From contig CAWFQB010000002.1 of the NCBI GenBank assembly GCA_963817895.1, positions 416,001 to 480,000 of the forward strand: DNA of 64,000 nucleotides. The letters run 5' to 3'. A program made the position numbers and the translations under genes. Below the pieces are notes generated by a model that worked only from the letters and a program-made list of their open reading frames with translations, had not been told where the DNA came from and made no database searches. Below, piece by piece: positions 12,735-21,039 of the stretch; the stretch's first letter is position 1; every line of letters begins with the position of its first letter. Origin of the DNA: an uncultured Chthonomonadaceae bacterium (lineage in GTDB: Bacteria; Armatimonadota; Chthonomonadetes; Chthonomonadales; Chthonomonadaceae).

Positions 12735-12959
12735 GTGGAAAAATTGAATTTGCCGCCATCACACCCGGAGGTTCATAAGCGTGTTATAGAGCGCATACAA
12801 TAGATGTCGCCGGAAGAACTGCTTGCAATATGGGAATATCGGGAACCAGGGATTCCTGAAACCGATATGAACGGGGATTTGGCTGCCTGGTACCGCGAAG
12901 AGCGTGAAGAGCGCGAACGCCGCGAATCCAAAAGTCTGCCGCCTGACGCTCATGCTTGA
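12735..12959 (+). pseudogene. Small hypothetical protein with in-frame TAG at 12801
   Basis: GGAGG RBS, GTG start; MEKLNLPPSHPEVHKRVIERIQ*MSPEELLAIWEYRE... Confidence 0.5.
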
Positions 12960-12971
12960 GGAGAGTTTATT

Positions 12972-13322
12972 TTGCAGTTACTGGGGATACGAGCGATGGT
13001 GATGGTGCAGGATATTGACCGCGCTCTGCGTTTTTATCGCGACGTTCTGGCGTTTACGGTCGAGTCCGAACAGGAAGACATTGTGCTGTTCGCGGAGGGG
13101 GTTGGACTGCAACTGGCTGCCGAAGTCTCGCCCGATGTGCGCTTCGATCCCAACGCCGTATCCCTCGCCCTGTTCGTCGAAGATGTCCATGCCACCTTCG
13201 CCGAACTGACTTCTAAAGGCGCGGCCTTCTTCCTGCCGCCCACCAGCGAGGGCGGCTACACCTTCGCCATGTTCCGCGACACGGAGAACAACCTGCTGCA
13301 ATTGATGCAAATTCAGGATTGA
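12972..13322 (+). CDS. VOC/glyoxalase family protein
   Basis: VQDIDRALRFYRDVL...VEDV...FRDTENNLLQL. Confidence 0.88.
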   Translation: MQLLGIRAMVMVQDIDRALRFYRDVLAFTVESEQEDIVLFAEGVGLQLAAEVSPDVRFDPNAVSLALFVEDVHATFAELTSKGAAFFLPPTSEGGYTFAMFRDTENNLLQLMQIQD

Positions 13323-13448
13323 ACCACCAAGAAAAAAGAACGCCAAGAAAAAAGAAGAAGAGAGGAGAAGAGGCTATGTCCTTTGTTACTCTCCCAATAC
13401 CTTTCTTGCATTTGTATTCTTGGTGTTCTTTGCGTCTTGGTGGTTCAA
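13319..13448. repeat. Paired inverted repeat, family J (ACCACCAAG)
   Basis: TTGAACCACCAAGA ... TCTTGGTGGTTCAA between convergent genes. Confidence 0.8.
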
Positions 13449-13470
13449 TCTCCTCTTTTTCCTCCGTGGT

Positions 13471-14258
13471 TTATTGTGTTTCCTCTGTATTGGCGTTTGA
13501 GCGGGTGACGAGGACGAGGACGAGGATGGTCAGCAGAGTAAGGACGCCGAACATCACGCCCGGACCGCCGATGTGGGGGCCGAAGTCGTTGAGCAGGAAG
13601 TCCATGCGGTCAATGAGCAGGGCGAGGCGGGCCATGATGGTGGAGCCGAAGATCGCGCCGAAGGTGAACATCAGCAGCCAGCGTCCGAGTTTCGCGGAGC
13701 CTTTCAGAACCGGATGCTTCTGCTCGAACGAGAAGAAGAAGTAACTCAACACGCACAGCAGAATGAACATGAACAGCAGATTGTTGATGGCGTCCGCGAC
13801 GGTTAAGGCTTTGAGGGCGGGATGGCCGGCGCGTGCGGCAACGGCAGGATGCGGAATGAGCGGCTTGAACGATGTGGCGATTTGCGGCCAGGTGTCGTTG
13901 ACAAACGCTTTGAACGCCTGCCCGGACGCGACGCCCAGGAAGAAGCCGACGACAAGCCGCGCAATCCAGTTGTGCTTGCGCGAAAAAACGAAATAGTACA
14001 TCAGTCCGGGCATGAGCGCGAAGATGTACCACCACTGCCCCTTGTCGTGCATCGGCTGCCACCACTTTACCAGCAGCACATCCGTCCAGGAGAGCGCGAT
14101 CATGTAGCCGGTCGCGAGTCCGAGAAACAGATGCTCGAACAGGCGGTACAGGCGGTTCTCTTTGTACAGAACCGAGTACAGGCCAGCGTACAGATAGCGC
14201 CGAACCAGGCGGTCAGCGTGGAAACATGAGCGGCAAGCCAGGGCGAAAACCAGGTCAT
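13471..14258 (-). CDS. Uncharacterised polytopic membrane protein (frameshift ~14183)
   Basis: MTWFSPW...; LYSVLYKENRLYRLFEHLFLG, SYFFFS, FGAIFGSTIMAR; about 7 hydrophobic segments. Confidence 0.75.
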
Positions 14259-14274
14259 ACAGACAAACCTCAGT

Positions 14275-14398
14275 ATTCGGTGTTGGGTGTTCGGTATTAG
14301 GTGTTCGGGTGTAGGTTATTTTTACGCCCTGAACCTTATTTCGATGTTGCAGGTACTCCGGTACTCGACATTCGCGTTTATTCGCGTTCATTCGCGGC
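14275..14398. repeat. Two unpaired repeat arms (GGTGTTC family D; ATTCGCG family M)
   Basis: TTCGGTGTTGGGTGTTCGG 14275-14310; ATTCGCGTTTATTCGCGTTCATTCGCGG 14370-14398. Confidence 0.75.
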
Positions 14399-14408
14399 TA
14401 AAACCACT

Positions 14409-15254
14409 TTAACGGGTGTAGCCGATTTGTCGGGCGCGTTGTCGGCGTTCCAGCAGCATGGCGACGTTGCCGAGCGCGATAAAGGTGATAATGAGCAGGT
14501 GCGCCAGTGACGACGAGTTACTGGCCCGCGACGCCTTGCCGAACACGCCGAGCAGTTGTTCGTACTCGTTGCCGCCCTTCAAGCCGTTGAGCATCCCCAC
14601 AATCTGCTTGCTGTCCACATAATTGTACGCTTCGGGAGCCATGACTGCCGTGAGCGCGACGGCCATCGGCACATCCGCCGGCCCCTGCATGAACTGAATG
14701 TAGATGTTGAACGTGTTGGTTCCGGTTATTTCCAGCAGAAACGCCACGTCATGCCCACTGTTGATGCCTTTCATGACGGGCAGGGTTTCAATGGGAATTC
14801 CTCGAAAGTCCGCGCCGATGGAGGCGGGAATATTGCGAACAAACGCCTGCAAGAAGTTCTGCTGATCGGTTTTGTAGCCGAAATTGCACCAGTCAATGCC
14901 TTCCCGATAGCCGTACTCTGTTTGCAGGCGCTCGGCAATCGTTTGTCCCAGCGTCGCGCCCTGCGGACTGGAAAACGCCAGCATCGCGAATCGCAGTTTG
15001 CGCTTCATCAGATGCCGCATCAGGGCTTCCGTTTGCGCCCCGTTTTCGCCCCGCGTTCCCGCAGACCAGTCTATGCCCAACAGCACGAAACTTCCGGGTG
15101 GCAGCGATTCGATTTTGTCGTACAGCGCCTGTGTTTCGGGCGAAATCGGAACCGGTATCCGCGTTTTCAGGAAGAACGGCGCGCACACCGCCAGCAGCAG
15201 CAGCGCGTACAAAAACCGCCGGTCCACTTCTTGTAAGAAACGTAGTAGGTTCAT
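14409..15254 (-). CDS. Uncharacterised membrane protein (TM - soluble domain - TM)
   Basis: 281-aa ORF; DRRFLY, YGYREGIDWCNFGY, GMLNGLKGGNEYE. Confidence 0.8.
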   Translation of the reverse strand: MNLLRFLQEVDRRFLYALLLLAVCAPFFLKTRIPVPISPETQALYDKIESLPPGSFVLLGIDWSAGTRGENGAQTEALMRHLMKRKLRFAMLAFSSPQGATLGQTIAERLQTEYGYREGIDWCNFGYKTDQQNFLQAFVRNIPASIGADFRGIPIETLPVMKGINSGHDVAFLLEITGTNTFNIYIQFMQGPADVPMAVALTAVMAPEAYNYVDSKQIVGMLNGLKGGNEYEQLLGVFGKASRASNSSSLAHLLIITFIALGNVAMLLERRQRARQIGYTR

Positions 15255-15257
15255 GTG

Positions 15258-16103
15258 CTATCCGTTATTATCGAAATAACTGCCCCGTTCCAGTCCGAGC
15301 CAGATGCGCAGGGCGACGGCAAGGCCGCCGATGCCAAGCCCGAAGGCGATGGCGCGGCTCGCGGGGGCGTTGGCTTTGGTTAAAATCCAGTCGCGAATGA
15401 TTTCAAGGCGCAGGTTGTGCATCCAGCCCATTGCGCCGGTATTGGTGGCGGGCAGGGATTGGGTGAGCCAGGTTCCCACCGCAATTTGGCCGAGCATGAC
15501 GAGGGTTGCCGTGATGAGCAGCAGGGTTGCTTCGACGGAGCGAACCCGGAACGCGCGATAGGCGGCGGATACGATGTAAAACGCGACAATGGAAAACATC
15601 GTGGCGTCCATAGTTTGGTAGCCGCCGTCAAAAAACAGCGTGTTCAGATTCTTGTTAATGGCGTTAGGATGGGCTTTGCGCAGAATGCCGACAGTCAGCA
15701 TCAGGATCAGTCCGAGAAAAAACGCCGCGCTATTGAAGGCATTCGAGCCGCCTTTGGAAACCCGCTTGCCGTGTACCTGCGCCAGATTGATGACGCCCAA
15801 CCCCACCGCAAATGCCGCCACGATGCTCGCCACATTCCCAAACGGCACGACATACGGCGTCAGAAAGTTGCCGACGGCTTTGGGCGATTGCGCGGTAGGC
15901 ATGGGATGCGTGGGCCAGAAGAATTCCAATGCCCAGTACAGCCCGCCCAAAAACGTCGCGCCCTGAATCACGAATCGGCGCAGGTTCTGCGGAACCAGTG
16001 TCAGCAGGCCGAAAAACACGCCTGATGCGACAAGCGCGCCTACGATGTAGACGTACCAGAGAGCGCCGTGTACCGGATGGAAAAGGCTGGACAGCAAAAG
16101 CAT
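15258..16103 (-). CDS. Uncharacterised polytopic membrane protein
   Basis: TMFSIVAFYIVSAAYRAFRVRS.EA, LRIWLGLER; AAGGA RBS. Confidence 0.8.
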   Translation of the reverse strand: MLLLSSLFHPVHGALWYVYIVGALVASGVFFGLLTLVPQNLRRFVIQGATFLGGLYWALEFFWPTHPMPTAQSPKAVGNFLTPYVVPFGNVASIVAAFAVGLGVINLAQVHGKRVSKGGSNAFNSAAFFLGLILMLTVGILRKAHPNAINKNLNTLFFDGGYQTMDATMFSIVAFYIVSAAYRAFRVRSVEATLLLITATLVMLGQIAVGTWLTQSLPATNTGAMGWMHNLRLEIIRDWILTKANAPASRAIAFGLGIGGLAVALRIWLGLERGSYFDNNG

Positions 16104-16122
16104 TGTTCCTTTTAGGAGAGGC

Positions 16123-16905
16123 TCATTTTGCCAGAAATTCAATAAATTTTGGCGCAAGCGCGGGCGCAAGGGACGCGAGGGCGCTGCCGATGACGACAAG
16201 CGCGATAACGATGCCCTTGCAAATGTCCTGCCCGACAAGGCTGCCCAGTAAAGTAGGTTCGCGGGACAAATACGCGCTTGCCGCGTAAAACTCGTCGCCG
16301 ATAATCACGTAATCGCAGGCGGCAATAAAAAACGGAATCTGTGTCGTCGTGGGCGTTCCCGCCACCTGAATCGCCCCTGCCTGCTGCCCGGTTTCCGCAA
16401 AAATCAGGGCTTCGGCATAAAAGTAACCAAATAGAAAACTGGCCGCTACCTGTTCGCGCCAGATGATACCCGACACGGCGGCGGCAAAGGCGAACTGCTG
16501 ATTGGACAGGAACCGCACATCATTGGGGTTGTACAGGTCGCTTCGGCCCTCCGCGGTATAGGCGTTCTGAACCATCTCCTGCGCGATAGGCAACGTGGTC
16601 GACTGATAAACCGGCACGATGGCGCGGGTTCCGAACTTGGCGGACGAGCGTATGACATAATTGATAATGGACAGCGCTTGCAGCGTGTCAATGTCCGTGC
16701 CGCTTGTCGTCGCTCGCCCCAGCCCGTTGCAGCACAGCATGGGCCGTCCCATCTCCGTTGCCCGTCCTATCGCCTCGTCAATCGCCGTCAGCCCCTGAAT
16801 CCGCCGAATAAAGAGCGGACGCTTGCGAGCCGTCAAAATCATCACCACGATAATCAGGCTGAACAGCGGTACGAAAAACCGCACAGCGGTATTGGCGTGT
16901 TCCAT
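16123..16905 (-). CDS. DUF6754-like membrane protein
   Basis: IRRIQGLTAIDEAIGRATEMGRP, QIPFFIAACDYVIIGDEFYAASAYLS (family name recalled, unverified). Confidence 0.75.
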   Translation of the reverse strand: MEHANTAVRFFVPLFSLIIVVMILTARKRPLFIRRIQGLTAIDEAIGRATEMGRPMLCCNGLGRATTSGTDIDTLQALSIINYVIRSSAKFGTRAIVPVYQSTTLPIAQEMVQNAYTAEGRSDLYNPNDVRFLSNQQFAFAAAVSGIIWREQVAASFLFGYFYAEALIFAETGQQAGAIQVAGTPTTTQIPFFIAACDYVIIGDEFYAASAYLSREPTLLGSLVGQDICKGIVIALVVIGSALASLAPALAPKFIEFLAK

Positions 16906-16914
16906 GAGCGCTCC

Positions 16915-17042
16915 AGGTAGATGGGTAGATGGTAGATAGGTAGGCGGTAGAACAATCCTCTTCCTGCTTCTATAGTTTGCGCAAAGTGAGGATTAGAGGG
17001 CATTTGCTACTGTCTACCTATCTACCATCTACCCATCTACCT
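16915..17042. repeat. Paired inverted tandem repeats, family B (GGTAGAT)
   Basis: Arms 16915-16950 / 17007-17042; outer 29 bp perfect. Confidence 0.92.
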
Positions 17043-17313
17043 CCTCTATCTTCCGAATCAACAACTCGATATTGTCGCGGGATTCGAGCAGGCGGGCGTA
17101 CTGCTGCACATTTTTCGGGCCGAACAGGGGCGCGAGAAAGCCGGAACTCAGCAACAACCCCTGCCCGGTCAGAAACGCCAGCGGCTTGTGCATTTCCAGA
17201 AATAGGATCGCGGGCGTTTGCAGCTTTCGCGCCCCGACCTGCCGCGCCAGATGGTCAATCAGGGCGTCGCGCTGCGCATCCGTAAGTTCCGCGTCCCAAT
17301 CAAATGCCGTCAT
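17029..17313 (-). CDS. Small hypothetical protein
   Basis: PAILFLEMHKPLAFL..Q; ATGA overlap with upstream gene. Confidence 0.75.
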   Translation of the reverse strand: MTAFDWDAELTDAQRDALIDHLARQVGARKLQTPAILFLEMHKPLAFLTGQGLLLSSGFLAPLFGPKNVQQYARLLESRDNIELLIRKIEEVDG

Positions 17314-17927
17314 GTCTGCGAATTCTCCACACATAAGGTTTCCGGGGTTGCGGTTGGAATAGCGCAGGTGTTCGCGGGTTCCTTTTCAGCCATTAGCAGA
17401 GTATTCTCCGGTAAGACATGTGGCGCACAGCGCGCAATCATGGCGCGGAGGGAAGATTTGTCGCCGGGTTGTCCTTCGGGCGCGAAGCGCAACAGGACGC
17501 CGCGAAACGCATCCAGACGGGACGGTTCAGCCAGCGAAGTCAGCAGCAGCGCTTTATGTCCTATCTGGCAGCGGCGCACATCTTTCCAGGGCAACTGTAT
17601 GCGCGACGTAAGCGCCTCCTGATAAATGGCTTCTTCTGTCAATCGGTACGTGACGGGAAACAGATACTCGCTGACGCTTCCAGTCAACAACAGGGCGGAA
17701 GCAAAGACGGGAAGCAGCGTTCCAAATATCAGCCATACGCAAACCGCGCCCATTCCCGTTACCAACAGCAGGATTGGCAGGCGTTTCGGTTCGCGCGCCA
17801 GCAAATGGACGCGCCAGCATACAGGCGTAACCGGAGGTTGCGCCTGCTGTGTTGACGCTTCGGGACTGAATGGTAAACAGAGTTCTTCTGTCAAGGGCGG
17901 GACAATCTTTGCTGACAATGGCAGCAC
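17310..17927 (-). CDS. Hypothetical membrane protein (2 TM + possible PH-like domain)
   Basis: YLFPVTYRLTEE, LPWKDV, SRLDAFRGVLLRF; GAGG RBS. Confidence 0.7.
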   Translation of the reverse strand: MLPLSAKIVPPLTEELCLPFSPEASTQQAQPPVTPVCWRVHLLAREPKRLPILLLVTGMGAVCVWLIFGTLLPVFASALLLTGSVSEYLFPVTYRLTEEAIYQEALTSRIQLPWKDVRRCQIGHKALLLTSLAEPSRLDAFRGVLLRFAPEGQPGDKSSLRAMIARCAPHVLPENTLLMAEKEPANTCAIPTATPETLCVENSQT

Positions 17928-17953
17928 AAACCAAGCCTCAAGATTAAAGGTGT

Positions 17954-17982
17954 ATTATAGCCGTTTGGCAATCGCCTGTCAA
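17954..17982 (-). promoter_or_regulatory. Perfect consensus sigma-70 promoter
   Basis: Minus strand TTGACA-17 nt-TATAAT. Confidence 0.85.
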
Positions 17983-18089
17983 CGCTTTTATCTCATCCTT
18001 AATGAGGATATACGAGGCAGAGGAACCGCAGGGAGTCAGCATAAAATGCTCCTGGAATGAATCTTCTGCAAGTTTTCACTTGAAATCGG

Positions 18090-18118
18090 TTGACAGCGGC
18101 ACAGGTTTCTGGTACACT
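18090..18118 (+). promoter_or_regulatory. Sigma-70 promoter of infC operon
   Basis: TTGACA-17 nt-TACACT. Confidence 0.8.
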
Positions 18119-18231
18119 ATTCTTTGTCTGGCAGCACTTGCTTCCATCAGGCTCCCATTTCGGGACTTTTATCGTCGGAAGCCGCGCGTGAACTGGTCAC
18201 GTTGCGCTGTGAGTTGCCGGAGGGGTGATCC

Positions 18232-18762
18232 ATCAACAAAGACTTTCGTGTTAATGAACAAATTTTGCGGATGCTGAACGGCGTCCGTGTGCGCGACGTT
18301 CGCCTGATTGATGAAGAGGGTCAGCCCCTCGGCATCCTGAACGTCCGCGATGCTCTCGCGCTGGCCGTTGAAAAAGGGCTGGACCTGATTGAGGTGGCCC
18401 CCGCCGCCCAGCCGCCCGTCTGCAAAATCGGAGATTACGGCAAAATCCGGTACGAGCAGGGCAAGCGTGAGCGCGAACAGCATAAAAAACAGAAGCAGCA
18501 GGAAATCAAAGGTATCAAAATGCGGCCCGTAACCGCTGAACACGATTTTCAGGTGCGGCTGAGACACACGCAAAAGTTCTTAGAAGAGGGCGACAAGGTC
18601 AAAGTCACCATTCAGTTCAAGGCGCGCGAGATTACCCACCCGGAAATCGCCCGCAAACTGATGGATAAAATGGTCGAGTCGGTGGGCGACAAGGCGATTA
18701 TCGAAAAACCGCCGTCCATCGAAGGCCGTATGATGACCATGATTCTCAGCCCCAAACCCTGA
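18232..18762 (+). CDS. infC: Translation initiation factor IF-3 (ATC start)
   Basis: RVNEQI, VRLIDEEG, PPVCKI.DYGK, GDKVKV; GGAGG RBS before ATC, in-frame TGA just upstream. Confidence 0.95.
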   Translation: MNKDFRVNEQILRMLNGVRVRDVRLIDEEGQPLGILNVRDALALAVEKGLDLIEVAPAAQPPVCKIGDYGKIRYEQGKREREQHKKQKQQEIKGIKMRPVTAEHDFQVRLRHTQKFLEEGDKVKVTIQFKAREITHPEIARKLMDKMVESVGDKAIIEKPPSIEGRMMTMILSPKP

Positions 18763-18813
18763 TACCGGTTTCTGTCTTGTCGGCCTGTCCGCAAGCGGGC
18801 GCGAACGTCGTTC

Positions 18814-18839
18814 CGAAGCCGGGTCATGTCCCGGCTTCG
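18814..18839 (+). other. Perfect 10-bp hairpin between infC and rpmI
   Basis: CGAAGCCGGG-TCATGT-CCCGGCTTCG followed by T-rich sequence. Confidence 0.5.
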
Positions 18840-18938
18840 TTGCTGTCTGTTCTGCGTGTTTCTTTAATTGTGTCTGTTGGCTATCCTATCTTGCTTGCGC
18901 CGTCGGGGTTTGCCCGGTTGCGCAGAAGGTTCTTACGC

Positions 18939-19145
18939 ATGAAAACCAAAATGAAAACGCGCAAAACAGCGGCCAAGCGGTTTACCAAAACCGGAACCGG
19001 CAAACTGATGCGCGGTAAAACCGGCCTCAACCACCTTATGCGCAAAAAAGATGGCGCGCGCCGCCGCACCCTGCTCGCCGATGGCGAACTGTTCAAAGGC
19101 GACAAAAAGCGCGTCCTGCGCATGTTAGGACAAGGACTCGATTAG
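18939..19145 (+). CDS. rpmI: 50S ribosomal protein L35
   Basis: KMKTRKTAAKRFTKTGTGK; synteny with infC and rplT. Confidence 0.95.
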   Translation: MKTKMKTRKTAAKRFTKTGTGKLMRGKTGLNHLMRKKDGARRRTLLADGELFKGDKKRVLRMLGQGLD

Positions 19146-19258
19146 GGAGTAGGGGGTAGGGAGTAGGGAGTAGGAAATGCGCTCATCTTGATTTGCACAT
19201 TCCAATTAAATCAGGCTTGAGTGTTTTCCTACTCCCTACTCCCTACCCCCTACTCCCT
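19144..19258. repeat. Paired inverted tandem repeats, family E (GGGAGTA)
   Basis: 34-bp perfect arms 19144-19177 / 19225-19258. Confidence 0.95.
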
Positions 19259-19282
19259 TCTGATACGGAAGGAGCGTTCCCT

Positions 19283-19663
19283 ATGCCGCGCGTGAAACGT
19301 GGCACGATGACCCATAAGCGCCACAAGAAAGTGCTGGAAACCGCCAAAGGCAACTTCGGCGGCAAGCGCAATCTGTTTAAGACGGCGCACGAGCAGATGC
19401 TCAAATCAGGCAACTATGCGTACCGTGACCGCCGCAACAAAAAGCGCGAGTTCCGGGCGCTGTGGATTGTCCGTATCAGCGCTGCCTGCCGCGCGCAGGG
19501 TATGCAATACTGCCGCTTTATTGAAGGCATGACCAAAGCCGGCATTGAACTGGACCGCAAAGTTCTGGCCGAAATGGCTGTCAGCGATCCCGATACGTTT
19601 ACGCAGCTCGTCGCGCAGGCGACGAGCGCCCTCAAAACGGCGGGAAGCCCGGCAACGGCGTAA
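19283..19663 (+). CDS. rplT: 50S ribosomal protein L20
   Basis: MPRVKRG, YAYRDRRNKKREFRALWIVRI, LDRKVLAEMA. Confidence 0.97.
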   Translation: MPRVKRGTMTHKRHKKVLETAKGNFGGKRNLFKTAHEQMLKSGNYAYRDRRNKKREFRALWIVRISAACRAQGMQYCRFIEGMTKAGIELDRKVLAEMAVSDPDTFTQLVAQATSALKTAGSPATA

Positions 19664-19664
19664 T

Positions 19665-19890
19665 CGGTGTTGGGTGTTGGGTATCAGGTGACAGGGAACA
19701 ATCCTGTCTTAATCTGATGCGTGGCACTGAACTCTGGTCATTGTGAAAATTCAAACGCCCTTCAATGCTCTCCCGCAATTTTTGCAAGAGGCATTGAAGG
19801 GCGTTTTGGCGTTTGGAATGTCGGTGTTCGGTGTTCGGAAGGCGATTGTTCAATAAGCGCATTTCCCGAACACCAAATACCGAACACCAA
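19665..19890. repeat. Family D repeats (GGTGTTC)
   Basis: Arms at 19665-19690 and 19822-19838; complementary arm 19866-19890. Confidence 0.8.
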
Positions 19891-19904
19891 TGGGGAAGTT
19901 GGTT

Positions 19905-20921
19905 ATGTCAAACACCATTCCTGTACAAAATAGCGGAGCGTTTGAAAGCGTGGAGCAGCTTGCGCAGGAGGCGCGGGACGCGCTACAACAGGCGGGCAGC
20001 ACACAGGATTTGAGCGCGATTGAGACGCGCTATCTGGGACGCAAAGGCAGCCTGAACGAACTGCGCAAAGCCATTGGCGGCTTGCCCAGAGAGGACCGTC
20101 CCGCTTTCGGCGCGAAAATCAATGAGGCGGTAGAAGCATTGACAGCCCTGATAGCGTCGCGTCAGGCGGTCTTTTCCGAACAGGAACTTCACGCCCGCCT
20201 GCAAACCGAAACCATTGATGTCACCCTGCCCGGACGCCAGGGGGCGCAGGGGCGGCTGCATCCGCTCACGCAAACGGCAGGACGTATCAAGCAGGCGTTG
20301 ACGGGCATGGGCTTCGAGTTCGTGGACGGGCCGGAACTGGAAGAGTACCGGTACAACTTCGCCGCCCTTAACTACCCGGAAGACCATCCCGCAATGGATG
20401 AGCAAAACTCGTTCTTTGTCACCGACTCGCGCCTGTTGCGGACGCAGACGACGGCCTTGCAGGGGCGCATCATGGCGGACCGCCGCCCGCCTTTTCGCAT
20501 TGCGACATTAGGCCGTTGCTTCCGCTATGAGGCCGTTGACGCCACGCACCACCACACGTTTCATCAGATAGACGTATTCATGGTGGACGAGAAAATCTCC
20601 ATGTCGGACTTGAAAGGGACGCTCGGCTCATTTGCCCGCCAGATGTTCGGCCCGCAAACCCTGGTGCGCTTTCGCCCCGACTTTTTCCCGTTCGTGGAAC
20701 CCGGCGTGGACTATTCCATCTCGTGGCGCGGCAGATGGCTGGAATTAGGCGGCGCAGGCTTAATCCATCCCAATATCCTACAGGCGCACGGCATCAACAC
20801 GGAAAAATACAGCGGCTTTGCGTTCGGGCTTGGCGTGGAGCGCGTCCACATGATTCAAACCGGCGTGGACGATCTGCGCCTGTATCTGGAAAATGATTTG
20901 CGGTTTTTGAAGCAGTTTTAG
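19905..20921 (+). CDS. pheS: Phenylalanine--tRNA ligase alpha subunit
   Basis: DVTLPG, HPA.D, LLRTQT, FRPDFFPFVEP, GFAFGLGVER. Confidence 0.97.
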   Translation: MSNTIPVQNSGAFESVEQLAQEARDALQQAGSTQDLSAIETRYLGRKGSLNELRKAIGGLPREDRPAFGAKINEAVEALTALIASRQAVFSEQELHARLQTETIDVTLPGRQGAQGRLHPLTQTAGRIKQALTGMGFEFVDGPELEEYRYNFAALNYPEDHPAMDEQNSFFVTDSRLLRTQTTALQGRIMADRRPPFRIATLGRCFRYEAVDATHHHTFHQIDVFMVDEKISMSDLKGTLGSFARQMFGPQTLVRFRPDFFPFVEPGVDYSISWRGRWLELGGAGLIHPNILQAHGINTEKYSGFAFGLGVERVHMIQTGVDDLRLYLENDLRFLKQF

Positions 20922-20924
20922 AGG

Positions 20925-21022
20925 AGGTAGATAGGTAGATGGGTAGATGGGTAGAAATGCCTGCTACTCTTCTCGTAGCGCGATTTTTGAAGAAGGTGGA
21001 GAGTTTTTCTACCTATCTACCT
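20925..21022. repeat. Paired inverted tandem repeats, family B
   Basis: GGTAGATAGGTAGATGGG... / CTACCTATCTACCT between pheS and pheT. Confidence 0.88.
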
Positions 21023-21039
21023 CCTAAAAGGATTTCCCC

